A stretch of DNA of 32,000 nt from Synechococcus sp. A15-28 (GCF_014280175.1 NZ_CP047931.1:1290001-1322000), one strand, 5' to 3'. Positions 17,901 to 27,870 are shown, counted from the first letter of the stretch. Numbers and translations are program-made. The notes: a model not told the origin generated them from the sequence alone.

Positions 17901-19324
17901 CGATCGAGGGCCAGGACCCCGGAGGCCTTCGACCAGGACGCCCGAAGATCCCACTGCTGCAGAACAAGATTGCGATCCTGGGAAAGATCCAGCAACAGCT
18001 CAGGTGATGCCAGGGACCCGCTCGCCCGCAGCGCTCCGGACAGTTCAGACGTCTCGCCAAGGCTCTGCTTCAGAACCGGCCACCGTTGCCAGAACGAAGG
18101 AGCCAGGCTGAGTTCCCGACTGCGCAGATCGATCTGATCGCCGATCGTGCCGTCCAGCCGCAAGCGCAGACCAGCCGACGTGATTAGAGCGTTTTGAACC
18201 TGGATCTGACGGAACGCAGGATCAGTCCATGAAGTGCGCAGCTGGCCCTGCACACGCAAAGGTCCATCGAGCTCAGGCAGATCCACCAGTCCCGCAAGGC
18301 GCCAGCGGGGGTTGGACCAGGGGCCATCCAGTCGAAGTTGAGCGCGATCCTTGCGCTTCAGAGACGCCACGTTGATTCTCAGATCAACGGGTCCACTGAC
18401 CTGCAGAAAACCCTTGGCGTCAGCCCGCCATTCCCCCAAGCGCCATCGACTGGGATCCAGGCTCAGCCGATCGTTGCGACAGCTGAATCCAACAGCGGAT
18501 GAACGCAGGGGATCCGGCAGGGTTGTGTTCTGAAGCTCAAGATCCCTGACCTGCAGCTGCCCCTGGCAGCGAAAGCGATCGGGAGTCCATCGAATCGCCA
18601 GGTCCCCTCCAGCCTCTCCCGCTAGCTCCGTGGCATCCGGCCCGGGGAGAAAGGGCTCCAGTCGCGAGAGATCCAGGGATCGCACACGACTGCTGAGCAC
18701 CAGTTCGGGGCGATCCCAGCGTCCCTTGACGTCCACCGCAAGGCTGCCGGCGCCGTCTGGCCAACGCAGCCGCGACATCGCTGTGAATCGCTTCTGAGCG
18801 ATCTGCACCGACCCACGACTGGACAGCTGGATCTCCTCGCCAGAGGGAGTCAGGCGAATCCTGGCCGGTTGAACCAGCTCGAAGCGCAGGTCCAGATCCG
18901 GAGGTGCATCTCCGCCTTGAGGCACGTCCCCAAACCGCCAGTAACGACCATCGGCCTGGCGATCCAAAACCCCATCGAGGCCCTGCAGTTTCAGCCGCAC
19001 CACCGGCTGCCATTGCCGCAGGCTGGCCAGGGGATCGAGATGAACACTGAGCCCCTGAAGCTTGATCGTGGAGCGATCGGAGCTGGTGGGAGCGATGGCC
19101 GTCTCACCAAGGGCCACACCCCATGGCCTCAAACCCTTGTAAGGGCCGATTTTGAGCGGGTGACCGAGAGCGGCGCCGATGCGTTGTTCGAGTGGCCCGC
19201 GAAACGAACCGAGCAAATCCTCAGCGGTGGAGTTCAGAGACTGAACCGCCAGAACGGTTCCGACACCAACGGCCGCACTTGAGATGAGGACCAGGGGTTT
19301 GGACAACCGCCGCGCTACTCGCAT
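14903..19324 (-). CDS. TamB/DUF490-like translocation and assembly module protein
   Basis: 1473 aa from ATG at 19324. N-terminal membrane anchor (RRLSKPLVLISSAAVGVGTVLAV), long repetitive beta-rich body, C-terminal TamB-like end (LMALIGGNSLSGLAG...VTYQVNPNTALSGSVDSNGTWQSQLQLFFRF). Confidence 0.88.
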   Translation of the reverse strand: MRVARRLSKPLVLISSAAVGVGTVLAVQSLNSTAEDLLGSFRGPLEQRIGAALGHPLKIGPYKGLRPWGVALGETAIAPTSSDRSTIKLQGLSVHLDPLASLRQWQPVVRLKLQGLDGVLDRQADGRYWRFGDVPQGGDAPPDLDLRFELVQPARIRLTPSGEEIQLSSRGSVQIAQKRFTAMSRLRWPDGAGSLAVDVKGRWDRPELVLSSRVRSLDLSRLEPFLPGPDATELAGEAGGDLAIRWTPDRFRCQGQLQVRDLELQNTTLPDPLRSSAVGFSCRNDRLSLDPSRWRLGEWRADAKGFLQVSGPVDLRINVASLKRKDRAQLRLDGPWSNPRWRLAGLVDLPELDGPLRVQGQLRTSWTDPAFRQIQVQNALITSAGLRLRLDGTIGDQIDLRSRELSLAPSFWQRWPVLKQSLGETSELSGALRASGSLASPELLLDLSQDRNLVLQQWDLRASWSKASGVLALDRFSSPVLRAEAQLPIRFQNGAAQLGELKAGFALTSLPLARLSALTSIPLEGRLSARGRFQGPLSDVNSTVALDLVRPGVGPLQLPERWQGQLTGSTRSEFNLRLASQAPATDGDLTARLASSGWPLQADLRRGGGSLTVRPGAERQLRWRADQLSIAGLQLSLPTASASGPLQGRLSGDGVLALKPVELVGDLHLDDPKLRGIALKRIELEGRVAAGRFQTRGRLQPQQGEIQLTAQGRVGGNLRSRIEASGLDVPWLVQMAQQLRGGQLPTAGPLGRAEDLGTLVIDTFGGSLEGHLRALQRSRQWLEVYDRDHPQPRVDPGDLRGRLDAVLNLAGPDLASLSLEAEARAHLWMDGENQDRMLQLEPVVAQLSGPLQGGQGRFSLLHLPFSLLALVAPVPSALRGAIGITGSYDLTGRGPLLTTELALEQARFGEQALRLERQAVVLASDGLQLDLALRSDGAAEALQVRGSIPLNLRDALDLELESHGDALSFLAAPAGDALTLTRGSSDLRLILSGYLDQPQANGFLVVRDGAFTAAEQSFKNVNASLLFDFNRVEVSQLAATLESGGSVSAAGAIGLFTPREEETPLSIRLTKGTFRQERVDLAADGEITLRGALSQPLISGQLNLRQGVIQPRGGLLSRLRRAGGASPKQGVQPFQANASTPVTTAALLEEGWDFQDPLVLFGPGAPAQLPAAFQNLMPNLSAVRFRNFRLGLGPDLQVRMPPLISFQGGGQLLVNGPLDPSLELRGLIRLNRGRVSLFSTTFRLDARAPNVAVFTPSLGLVPFVDIAMKTRVSDAVQPGTAGNASTANVFETNGLGTIGDGGGQLRLVKITVQAAGPADRLIGNLDMRSAPPLSEPQLMALIGGNSLSGLAGAGGGALATVLGQSLLSPVLGTLTDAMGQRMQIALFPTYVTPDIKDDNERTSGRVAPTFTLVTEIGVDVTDRFDFSVLAAPNTSDVPPQTTVTYQVNPNTALSGSVDSNGTWQSQLQLFFRF

Positions 19325-19390
19325 CAACTGCGACGATTGCCCCCAGAGCTCGCGCAATATAAGGAGCCCTTTTCCTGGAGACCACCCGCC

Positions 19391-19840
19391 ATGGCCCTTG
19401 ATCAGCTGCTGCTCACCGCGGCGCCCTGGCTGGGCTGGTCTGGCCTGGCACTGGGTGTGTTGACGATCGTGGCCTTTCTGGCGAACTGGGGACTGCGCTT
19501 TCGCTTGGTGGGGGTCAGCAGTTTCACCCTGCTTCTGGCCGTCAGCTGCTGGGCCTTTGCTGTGAGTTACACCCCGCCGGTGGTGGTTGAAGGCGCCATC
19601 CGGGCCCCTGTGGTGTTCGACAACGGCAATGACCTGGTGGTGGCCCAGGTCCCGCCGGACCTTGATTCGAGCACCGTCGAAGCCACGCTTCAGCAACTGG
19701 CGGGCAATCTGCGGGGTTCCGGGCGCGGAAGCAATGTGGTCACCGTTCGGCTGCGGGCCCTCAAGCCCATCAACGATGGTCTGAGTCAGCCAGTGATTCT
19801 GGGGGAAACAGAACGGGACTTCCGCCGCTCTGCCTCCTGA
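19391..19840 (+). CDS. ycf51: Ycf51-like family protein
   Basis: 149 aa from ATG 19391, N-terminal transmembrane segments followed by TPPVVVEGAIRAPVVFDNGNDLVVAQVPPDLD. Family named from pattern recall. Confidence 0.6.
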   Translation: MALDQLLLTAAPWLGWSGLALGVLTIVAFLANWGLRFRLVGVSSFTLLLAVSCWAFAVSYTPPVVVEGAIRAPVVFDNGNDLVVAQVPPDLDSSTVEATLQQLAGNLRGSGRGSNVVTVRLRALKPINDGLSQPVILGETERDFRRSAS

Positions 19841-19853
19841 AGCCACCATCCGT

Positions 19854-20243
19854 ATGCCACCTTTGCGCGATCTGCCACAATCGTTCCGGCGGGAACAGCA
19901 GGAGCTGGATGAGGCAGGAATCGACGACTGGCTGCAGCTGCGGGATCTTGACGACGCTCAGCTGAGTCGCCTTGCCCGCAGCGGCCGCGCCTCCCCCCGC
20001 AACCTCAAACGGCTGAGAGCCATTGCAGGCTTGGTCTGTGACCTCAACCTGGCCCCGCCAGACGCGGCGCTGTTGATGCATGCCGGCATTGCCTCAAAGG
20101 CAGCGCTGGCCACCTCCACACCTGAACGGGTCGTCCAGCAGACGGGGCGCCTGGAACGCAGCCTTGGCACCGGCCGGCCAGCGGTGGTGGACCTGGCCAC
20201 GGCCCGCCGTTGGATTCAACGGGCCAGGCAACCGGGGAACTGA
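19854..20243 (+). CDS. DUF4332-like (helix-hairpin-helix type) protein
   Basis: 129 aa with FRREQQELDEAGIDDWLQLRDLDDAQLSRLARSGRASPRNLKRLRAIAGLVCDLNLAPPDAALLMHAGI, the typical DUF4332/HhH-like pattern. Confidence 0.7.
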   Translation: MPPLRDLPQSFRREQQELDEAGIDDWLQLRDLDDAQLSRLARSGRASPRNLKRLRAIAGLVCDLNLAPPDAALLMHAGIASKAALATSTPERVVQQTGRLERSLGTGRPAVVDLATARRWIQRARQPGN

Positions 20244-20304
20244 CCCCTTCATCAGGCCTGGGCCTCCTGCGCCTGTTTATGACCGGAGGACAGAGAATGA
20301 CCCG

Positions 20305-20586
20305 ATGAACGTTGGTCGAATCGTCGCCTCGTTGCTCGTCTGTGGTCTTGGATGGGCCGGATCACTTGTGGCGGCGGCGGATTCAGAGCTGCTCAACGAC
20401 GTCAAGCGCAATCCACAACTGGCCCAAGCCATGTGCAGCCGCTTTCAGGACCTGAACGCCAAGGGAACATCCGCTTATTCCAAGAAAGTCACCCGAGACA
20501 TCGCCAACGAACAAAAACTCTCCAGGCAGGATGCCGAAGTGTTGGTGACCTACGTGGTGGGCATGCACTGCCCCGATGTCCGCTGA
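20305..20586 (+). CDS. Small putative secreted protein (signal peptide, two cysteines)
   Basis: 93 aa from ATG 20305: MNVGRIVASLLVCGLGWAGSLVAAADSELLNDVKRNPQLAQAMCSRFQDL...VVGMHCPDVR. GGAGG RBS-like sequence upstream. Confidence 0.7.
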   Translation: MNVGRIVASLLVCGLGWAGSLVAAADSELLNDVKRNPQLAQAMCSRFQDLNAKGTSAYSKKVTRDIANEQKLSRQDAEVLVTYVVGMHCPDVR

Positions 20587-22177
20587 GTCGTCTCTGATCA
20601 GCTCGCACGTCGTCGAACGCGACGGGGAGCTCCTCCTGCGGGATGGCGTGCGGTTGATGGCGCGTCTCTGGTTCCCCCGCGGCGACGGTCCCTGGCCGGC
20701 CCTGTTGATGCGACAACCTTATGGACGTCGGCTGGCCTCAACTGTGACCCTGGCTCACCCCAGCTGGTGGGCTCGGCAGGGGTACGTGGTGATCGTGCAG
20801 GACGTGAGGGGCCAGGGGGATTCCGAGGGAACCTTTCATGGCTTCTCCCAGGAAGCGGATGACACGGCCCAGACCCATGACTGGGTCCGATCGTTGCCGG
20901 AGTGCAATGGACGGATCGGTTGCTACGGCTTCTCCTACCAAGGGATGACGCAGCTTCTGGCCCCCGCTGACGCAACACCGCCGGACTGCCTCGCACCGGC
21001 GATGGCGGGCCTGGACGAACGACTGCACTGGAGCAGCGAGGGCCATGCCCATTGGTGGCACCTGAACCTGGGCTGGGGCCTGCAATTGGCGGCCCAGCAG
21101 GCACGCCGCCGCAGGGATCGCAGCGCCTGGGAAGCGATCCGTCGAGCTTTGGAGGACGGCAGCTACCTCCGGGACGGCCCCGAACTGCTGAAGCGGCATG
21201 ACCCCGACGGAATGGCCTGCCACTGGCTGGCGCAGGATCCAGCCGATCGCTCCGCCTGGCGACGCCATGACCCACCGCAATCCTGGCTGCGTCAACCGAT
21301 GCTGCTGCTGGGGGGCTGGTGGGATCCCCATCTGATGGGAATCCTGGATCTCTACAGGCGTTCTGAAGACGCCGGGGGGATGCCTGAACTGCACATCGGA
21401 CCGGCCAGTCATCTGCAGTGGTGGCCGGGAGCGCAGACGTTGTTGCTGCGGTTCTTCGATCAACATCTGAAGCATGGCCAAACCGGGCCTGGCCAGCAAC
21501 AGTTCTGGGATCTCGGTCGCCAGGAATGGAGAACCCCACCCCAGCCCGAGCCTCTGCGCTGGAGTCTTCAAGGGGATGGCCTGGCTTGCCTCGATCCCGC
21601 CAGCGGTCGGCTGGATTCAAATGATGCCGGCTGCGGTGAGCAGCGGCTTGTTCACGACCCCTGGCGTCCTGTGCCAGCCATCGGTGGTCATCTCAGCCCC
21701 TCCGCCGGGCCCGCCGATCGGCGGTCGTTGGATGAGCGAGCCGATGTGGCCACCTTCACCTCAGCACCGCTGGAACAATCTGTGGAGCTTTCGGGTCAGC
21801 CACAGCTGCTGATTCAGGCGGGAGCGGACCAACCCGGCTTCGATCTCTGTGTGGTTCTGTCTCGCCTGCCGCAGGGCAGTGCTGCCGTGGAGCAACTCAG
21901 CTGCGGCGTGATCCGCGTTCTGGGGACCGAGGCTGAACACGTAGCCGAGAGACGGGTCCTGCTCCAACCACTGCTGGCCACATGTTCTGCCGGAGATCGG
22001 CTTCGCCTTTCGCTCGCCGCAGCCGCCTGGCCGGCCATTGGTGTGAATCCAGGCACCCCTGAGCATCCCTCTGGGGCACCAAGTGCCTGCCACCGTGTGG
22101 TCACGATGACACTGGAGCTTGCTGGCTCTGTCCTGAGCCTGAACCCGTTCAACTCCGGCAGACTGAATTCCGATTGA
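20576..22177 (+). CDS. CocE/NonD family (S15-like) hydrolase
   Basis: 533 aa. LRDGVRLMARLWFPRGDGPWPALLMRQPYGRR, VVIVQDVRGQGDSEG, GRIGCYGFSYQGMTQLL (GxSxxG-type elbow). Confidence 0.88.
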   Translation: MSAESSLISSHVVERDGELLLRDGVRLMARLWFPRGDGPWPALLMRQPYGRRLASTVTLAHPSWWARQGYVVIVQDVRGQGDSEGTFHGFSQEADDTAQTHDWVRSLPECNGRIGCYGFSYQGMTQLLAPADATPPDCLAPAMAGLDERLHWSSEGHAHWWHLNLGWGLQLAAQQARRRRDRSAWEAIRRALEDGSYLRDGPELLKRHDPDGMACHWLAQDPADRSAWRRHDPPQSWLRQPMLLLGGWWDPHLMGILDLYRRSEDAGGMPELHIGPASHLQWWPGAQTLLLRFFDQHLKHGQTGPGQQQFWDLGRQEWRTPPQPEPLRWSLQGDGLACLDPASGRLDSNDAGCGEQRLVHDPWRPVPAIGGHLSPSAGPADRRSLDERADVATFTSAPLEQSVELSGQPQLLIQAGADQPGFDLCVVLSRLPQGSAAVEQLSCGVIRVLGTEAEHVAERRVLLQPLLATCSAGDRLRLSLAAAAWPAIGVNPGTPEHPSGAPSACHRVVTMTLELAGSVLSLNPFNSGRLNSD

Positions 22178-22908
22178 TCGATCGCGCCGTGAAGCTTTCC
22201 GCTGCCCTGCTGGCCCTGTCCCTGACCGCCCCCATCGGACTGAGCACCACGGCAGCGACACCCGCCCAGGCTCAAGCCGCCACAACGCAACTGAGTCCGG
22301 CCCAGGCCACGAAGGTGTCGCAACAACTGCTCGAGGCCCTTCGTCAGCGTCAGGCCTCCGTGCTGCACCAAACCCTGACGGACAGTGTCCGCAGCAGCAT
22401 CACGATTGAACAGGTGCAGAAGCGCCTGGATCAACGCACCGCCATCAGCAACAGCAGAGTGGTCGGGGTGTCTCCCGGCTATCGCACCACCACTGTCGAT
22501 GCCGTGGTGACCACGGCAACAGGCGAAGAAACCCTGCTGATCGTGCTGGACGATGACGGCAAACTGCTGGCCTGGAAATGGACCGATCAGGTTCAAGCCA
22601 TCGAAACCACAGCCCTTGCTTTCGTCAAAGACCTGACCGAAGGCCGCTGGTTGATGGCCCGCAGCAAGCTTTCGCTTGACCTGCAGCAGGACCTGGCTCC
22701 AGCCGACTTGCAGCGCAAGTGGACCAAGCTGAACAAGGTCTCCGGCGGTTTCCGCAAGATCAAGGATGCCGTGATCGCCAGTCAGGGCGGGGACCAACAA
22801 CTGGTGCTTGTGGCGGTGGAATTCGGTAAAGCCACCTCCAACCTGTTTGTGATCTTTGACGATCGTGGACGGATCATCAACGTCGACATCTCCCGCGACT
22901 TCGTCTGA
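22174..22908 (+). CDS. Secreted protein with DUF3887-like domain
   Basis: TTG start overlapping the upstream stop, N-terminal signal peptide (KLSAALLALSLTAPIGLSTTAATPAQA), then DUF3887-like region (LHQTLTDSVRSSITIEQVQKRLDQ...LVLVAVEFGKATSNLFVIFDDRGRIINVDI). Confidence 0.65.
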   Translation: MIDRAVKLSAALLALSLTAPIGLSTTAATPAQAQAATTQLSPAQATKVSQQLLEALRQRQASVLHQTLTDSVRSSITIEQVQKRLDQRTAISNSRVVGVSPGYRTTTVDAVVTTATGEETLLIVLDDDGKLLAWKWTDQVQAIETTALAFVKDLTEGRWLMARSKLSLDLQQDLAPADLQRKWTKLNKVSGGFRKIKDAVIASQGGDQQLVLVAVEFGKATSNLFVIFDDRGRIINVDISRDFV

Positions 22909-22968
22909 TTCGGCAGCGGGATCAACGAAAAATTCCGCTTAACATCGCGCCCACTTCACAGCTCTTCC

Positions 22969-25296
22969 ATGGGTGGCGCGGCAGTCCTCGACTGGATGGT
23001 TCAGGACGGCGAACGTCTCGCGAATTGTCGGCATGACCATCCACTCGCGATCCTCGGCCCGCAACCGAGTGACGCCGGCTGGACGGTTCGGGTGTGGATG
23101 CCGGAAGCCCATCGCGTGACCCTGCTGGAGGGGGCTCAGGAAAAGGAGCTGACCGCCCCGAATCACCCCTGGATCTTCGAAACAACCCTGAACCACGATC
23201 CTGGCAGCGGCTACCGGGTGCGGGTTGAGCGCGGTGGCATCACCCACGAACAGCACGATCCCTGGGCATTCCGAGGAGAGTGGATGGGCGAGATGGATCG
23301 CCATCTCTTCTCCCAGGGCAATCACCACCACATCTGGCAGCGGATGGGCGCCCACCTCGTGGAACGGGATGGGGTCTCCGGCGTCATGTTCTGCGTCTGG
23401 GCCCCCCACGCCCTCAGCGTTTCGGTCCTGGGAGATCTCAACTCCTGGGACGGGCGTCACCATCCCATGCAGCTGCGAACCGGGGGCATCTGGGAATTGT
23501 TCGTTCCAGGGCTGACGGAGGGCAAGCTCTACAAATACGAAATCCGCAGCCAGGACGGCCACTGCTACCAGAAATCAGATCCCTACGGCTTCCAGCACGA
23601 GGTGCGCCCCGACAACAGTTCGGTGGTCGCTCGCCTTGGTGGATTCGAGTGGTCGGATAGCTCCTGGATGCAGCAACGCGACAGCAGCAATCCGCTGGAG
23701 CAGCCGATCTCGGTCTACGAAATGCATCTGGGCAGCTGGATCCACGCCAGCGCCGAGGAACCCTGGATTCAGCCCAACGGCACCCCCCGAGCCCCGGTTC
23801 CTGCTGCCGACATGAAGCCCGGTGCCAGGCTGCTCACCTACGCCGAGTTGGCGGATCGCCTGATTCCTTACGTCAAGGAACGGGGATTCACCCACATCGA
23901 ATTGATGCCGATCACCGAGCATCCCTTCGATGGATCCTGGGGCTATCAGGTCACCGGTTGGTACGCACCCACCAGCCGCTACGGCACCCCTGATGAATTC
24001 CGGGCGTTCGTTGACCGCTGCCATGCCGAAGGCATCGGCGTCATCATGGACTGGGTCCCCGGCCACTTTCCCAAGGATGCCCACGGCCTGGCGTTCTTCG
24101 ATGGCACACACCTCTACGAACACGGTGATCCGCGTATCGGTGAGCACAAAGAGTGGGGAACGCTGATCTTCAATTACAGCCGCAACGAGGTTCGTAACTT
24201 CCTGGTTGCCAACCTGGTGTTCTGGTTCGAGCAGTTCCACATCGACGGTATTCGTGTTGATGCCGTGGCTTCAATGCTCTACCGGGACTATCTGCGTCCG
24301 GATGGTGAATGGCTGGCCAATGACCATGGCGGCAGGGAAAACACCGAAGCCGTTCATTTCCTGCAGCAAGCCAACCATGTGCTGTTTCAGCACTTCCCCG
24401 GTGCGTTGTCGATCGCGGAGGAATCCACCACATGGCCGATGGTGACCCAACCGACGGAAAACGGCGGCCTGGGTTTCAACCTGAAATGGAACATGGGTTG
24501 GATGCACGACATGCTCGATTACTTCGAGCTGGACCCCTGGTTCCGTCAGTTCCACCAGAACAACATCACCTTCTCCATCTGGTACACGTACACCGAAAAC
24601 TTCATGCTGGCGCTCAGCCACGACGAAGTGGTGCATGGCAAGAGTCATCTCCTCCACAAGATGCCTGGTGATGACTGGCAGAAATACGCCAACACCCGGG
24701 CACTGCTCGCCTATATGTGGACCCACCCCGGCAAGAAAACCATCTTCATGGGGATGGAATTCGGTCAGCGGGCTGAATGGAACGTCTGGGGTGATCTGCA
24801 GTGGGATCTTCTCAACTACGAACCCCACAAAGGCATTCAACTGCTGGTGGATGACCTCAACACGCTCTACAAATCTGAGCCGGCCCTCTGGCGCGATGAC
24901 TTCGACCAGTACGGATTCCAGTGGATTGATTGCAACGACAACCGTCATTCCGTGATCAGTTTCATGCGGCGGGAAAGCAGCAGTGGCACCTGGCTTGTGG
25001 TGGTGGCCAATTTCACGCCCCAGAGCCATTCCCACTACCGGGTTGGTGTTCCTCTGGCGGGCTTCTACGAGGAGATCTTCAACACCGATTCAGCCCGTTA
25101 CGGCGGCAGCAACCTCGGAAACATGGGCGGCAAGCCAACGGACGAATGGAGCATCCATGGCTACGAGAACTCCCTGGATCTCTGCCTGCCTCCCCTCAGC
25201 CTCATGGTGTTCCGCCACGACCCCAAGCGCAGCCTCCAGCAAGCATCGGCATCAGCCTGTGACAAAGCAGATGACGAAACTGCTGACACCAACTAG
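22969..25296 (+). CDS. glgB: 1,4-alpha-glucan branching enzyme
   Basis: 775 aa. [121 protein letters not shown]. Confidence 0.97.
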   Translation: MGGAAVLDWMVQDGERLANCRHDHPLAILGPQPSDAGWTVRVWMPEAHRVTLLEGAQEKELTAPNHPWIFETTLNHDPGSGYRVRVERGGITHEQHDPWAFRGEWMGEMDRHLFSQGNHHHIWQRMGAHLVERDGVSGVMFCVWAPHALSVSVLGDLNSWDGRHHPMQLRTGGIWELFVPGLTEGKLYKYEIRSQDGHCYQKSDPYGFQHEVRPDNSSVVARLGGFEWSDSSWMQQRDSSNPLEQPISVYEMHLGSWIHASAEEPWIQPNGTPRAPVPAADMKPGARLLTYAELADRLIPYVKERGFTHIELMPITEHPFDGSWGYQVTGWYAPTSRYGTPDEFRAFVDRCHAEGIGVIMDWVPGHFPKDAHGLAFFDGTHLYEHGDPRIGEHKEWGTLIFNYSRNEVRNFLVANLVFWFEQFHIDGIRVDAVASMLYRDYLRPDGEWLANDHGGRENTEAVHFLQQANHVLFQHFPGALSIAEESTTWPMVTQPTENGGLGFNLKWNMGWMHDMLDYFELDPWFRQFHQNNITFSIWYTYTENFMLALSHDEVVHGKSHLLHKMPGDDWQKYANTRALLAYMWTHPGKKTIFMGMEFGQRAEWNVWGDLQWDLLNYEPHKGIQLLVDDLNTLYKSEPALWRDDFDQYGFQWIDCNDNRHSVISFMRRESSSGTWLVVVANFTPQSHSHYRVGVPLAGFYEEIFNTDSARYGGSNLGNMGGKPTDEWSIHGYENSLDLCLPPLSLMVFRHDPKRSLQQASASACDKADDETADTN

Positions 25297-25309
25297 TCAC
25301 CCTCGGAAC

Positions 25310-25334
25310 TCAGGTAGGTTTCCGGCTTACCTGA
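25310..25334 (+). terminator. Weak hairpin between glgB and hemE
   Basis: TCAGGTA ... TACCTGA 7 bp inverted repeat with 11 nt loop, no clear T tract. Confidence 0.3.
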
Positions 25335-25344
25335 TTCCGGCTTG

Positions 25345-26403
25345 ATGAGCGACACTCTGCCCCTGCTTCTGCGTGCAGCCCGCGGTGAGGTGGTGGAGCG
25401 TCCTCCCGTATGGATGATGCGTCAGGCGGGGCGTTACATGAAGATCTACCGGGATCTTCGCGACAAGTACCCCAGCTTCCGCGAACGCTCCGAGAACCCC
25501 GATCTCTCCTATGAGATCTCCATGCAGCCGTTTCACGCCTTCAAGCCCGATGGTGTGATCCTCTTCTCCGACATCCTCACGCCCTTGCCGGGGATGGGGA
25601 TTGATTTCGACATCATTGAGAGCAAGGGACCCCAGATCGGTGATCCGATCCGCTCCATGGAGCAAGTCAATGCCCTGCGACCGCTGAATCCAAGAGAATC
25701 GATGCCCTTTGTCGGGGACGTGCTCGGTCGTCTCCGCCAGAGCGTCGGCAACGAGGCCGCCGTGCTCGGTTTCGTCGGCGCCCCCTGGACCCTGGCTGCC
25801 TATGTAGTGGAAGGCAAAAGCAGCAAGAACTACGCGGTGATCAAGGCCATGGCCTTCCAGGAACCCGAGCTGCTGCACAAACTGCTCGATCACTTCGCTG
25901 AGTCGATCGCCAACTACCTGCGCTATCAGATCGACTCCGGCGCCCAGGTGGTCCAGATGTTCGACTCCTGGGCCGGACAACTCAGTCCTGCCGATTACGA
26001 CACCTTCGCCGCTCCATATCAGAAAAAGGTGGTGGACCTGGTCAAGCAGAGCCATCCCGACACCCCCTTCATCCTCTACATCTCCGGCAGTGCCGGAGTG
26101 CTCGAACGGATGGCCACCACAGGGGTGGACATCATTTCGCTGGATTGGACCGTGGACATGGGAGAAGCCCTGGCCCGCCTGCCGGAGCACATCGGTGTGC
26201 AGGGGAACGTCGATCCCGGTCTTCTGTTCGGCACCCCTGAGGCCATTGAGGCCCGCATCGACGACTGTGTGCGCAAGGCCCGTGGTCGGAAGCACATCCT
26301 CAACCTGGGCCACGGCATTCTGCCGGGAACACCTGAGGAGAACGGCGCTGCCTTCTTCCGCTCGGGCAAGAGCGTGATGGACCGCATCGGGGCCGTCGCT
26401 TGA
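25345..26403 (+). CDS. hemE: Uroporphyrinogen decarboxylase
   Basis: 352 aa. [76 protein letters not shown]. Confidence 0.97.
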   Translation: MSDTLPLLLRAARGEVVERPPVWMMRQAGRYMKIYRDLRDKYPSFRERSENPDLSYEISMQPFHAFKPDGVILFSDILTPLPGMGIDFDIIESKGPQIGDPIRSMEQVNALRPLNPRESMPFVGDVLGRLRQSVGNEAAVLGFVGAPWTLAAYVVEGKSSKNYAVIKAMAFQEPELLHKLLDHFAESIANYLRYQIDSGAQVVQMFDSWAGQLSPADYDTFAAPYQKKVVDLVKQSHPDTPFILYISGSAGVLERMATTGVDIISLDWTVDMGEALARLPEHIGVQGNVDPGLLFGTPEAIEARIDDCVRKARGRKHILNLGHGILPGTPEENGAAFFRSGKSVMDRIGAVA

Positions 26404-27419
26404 CGCGGATCCTGATCACCGGCGCCAGCGGCTGCGTCGGTCAATACATCTGCCAATGGCTGCTGCAGCACTCCGATGCGGAGTTGCTGCTCTGGTTACG
26501 GGATCCGTCCAAACTCACGGCGGTTCCTGCAGACCATCCCCGGATCCAGCTGTTGGTGGGTGACCTGCGGGACACCGACCGCTTTGTGGCGGAACTGGCA
26601 ACGGTGAACCGGGTGATTCATACCGCGACCGCCTGGGGAGATCCAGACCGGGCGGAGCAGGTGAATGTGGTAGCGGTGAAGCGACTGTTGCAACTGCTCA
26701 ATCCCCTGGTGGTGGAGCAGATCATCTACTTCTCAACCGCCAGCATCCTGGATCGTGACCTGAGGCCATTGCCGGAGGCTCTGGCCTACGGCACCGAATA
26801 CATCCAAACCAAAGCACGCTGCCTGGAACAGCTTGAGCAGCATCCACTGGCCGCCAAGATCATTGCGGTTTTCCCAACCCTGGTGTTCGGTGGGCGTGTC
26901 GACGGCACCAGCCCTTTCCCCACGAGCTATCTCACCGAGGGCCTGGCGGAAGCGAGTCGTTGGCTCTGGTTGGCGCGCTGGCTTCGGGCCGATGCCAGCT
27001 TCCACTTCATCCATGCGGAGGACATTGCCCGGATCTGCGGTCAGTTCGTCACACGCCCCCATGAGCCGAACCGTGAGCCAGGCCAGGGGGCCCTGCGACG
27101 GGTGGTGATGGGGCAGCAGTCGATCAGCGTCGACGACGCCGTGGCAACACTCTGTCGTTGGCGCGGTGTGGCCAGAACTCCTGGGATCCCGCTGTGGCCC
27201 TGGCTGATCGAAACCCTGATCAGGATCCTCCCGATCGAGGTGAATGCCTGGGACCGATTCAGCATCCGCCAACGCCATTTCATCCATGAACCGGTCAGCG
27301 CCCCCGAGCGTTTCAACGGGGACAGTCATGCCCCGACCTTGGAAACAGTTCTTAGCGATTCCGGCCTACCCAACCGCGGCAGCCCCAGAACCCAGCGTAA
27401 AGTCACATCAACGACCTAA
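26400..27419 (+). CDS. NAD-dependent epimerase/dehydratase (SDR) family protein
   Basis: TTG start overlapping the hemE stop. [22 protein letters not shown] (Rossmann GxxGxxG), [26 protein letters not shown] (YxxxK). Confidence 0.9.
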   Translation: MTRILITGASGCVGQYICQWLLQHSDAELLLWLRDPSKLTAVPADHPRIQLLVGDLRDTDRFVAELATVNRVIHTATAWGDPDRAEQVNVVAVKRLLQLLNPLVVEQIIYFSTASILDRDLRPLPEALAYGTEYIQTKARCLEQLEQHPLAAKIIAVFPTLVFGGRVDGTSPFPTSYLTEGLAEASRWLWLARWLRADASFHFIHAEDIARICGQFVTRPHEPNREPGQGALRRVVMGQQSISVDDAVATLCRWRGVARTPGIPLWPWLIETLIRILPIEVNAWDRFSIRQRHFIHEPVSAPERFNGDSHAPTLETVLSDSGLPNRGSPRTQRKVTSTT

Positions 27420-27426
27420 TTCACTC

Positions 27427-27786
27427 ATGCGGTCCGTCCTTCGCACCTTTGCAGCTGCCTGCTGCGCCCTCCTGATCCTGATCGGCCTGAACGTCGGTAC
27501 TGCCCAGGCTGCCACCGTTGAAGTCAAACTCGGCACCGACGCCGGCATGCTGGCCTTCGAGCCCTCCACCGTGACGATCAAGTCCGGTGACACCGTCAAG
27601 TTCATTAACAACAAGCTGGCCCCCCACAACGCTGTGTTCGAGGGTCACGACGAGTACAGCCACGGCGACCTGGCCTTCAACCCTGGCGAAGCCTGGGAAG
27701 AGACCTTCACCGAAGCTGGCACCTTTGACTATTACTGCGAGCCCCACCGCGGTGCTGGCATGGTCGGCAAAGTGATCGTCGAGTGA
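27427..27786 (+). CDS. petE: Plastocyanin precursor
   Basis: 119 aa: signal peptide, VEVKLGTDAGMLAFEPSTVTIKSGDTVKFINNKLAPHNAVF, DYYCEPHRGAGMVGKVIVE (Cu ligands H, C, H, M). Confidence 0.97.
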   Translation: MRSVLRTFAAACCALLILIGLNVGTAQAATVEVKLGTDAGMLAFEPSTVTIKSGDTVKFINNKLAPHNAVFEGHDEYSHGDLAFNPGEAWEETFTEAGTFDYYCEPHRGAGMVGKVIVE

Positions 27787-27826
27787 TCAGCTGACCACTG
27801 TTCAACCTTGAGGGTTGAGTGTTGTT

Positions 27827-27870
27827 GAACCCCGGATCGTGTTTCAAACATGGTTCGGGGTTCTTTCATT
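27827..27870 (+). terminator. Probable Rho-independent-like terminator downstream of petE
   Basis: GAACCCCGGATCGTGTT-TCA-AACATGGTTCGGGGTTC: 17 bp stem with 3 G-U pairs (left 27827-27843, right 27847-27863), then T-rich TTTCATT. Confidence 0.75.

Noticed and set aside
21814-22800. 328 aa minus-strand ORF
   Set aside because: Antisense to the CocE/NonD and DUF3887-like genes; no domain recognised.
25327-26313. 328 aa minus-strand ORF
   Set aside because: Antisense to hemE; no independent support.
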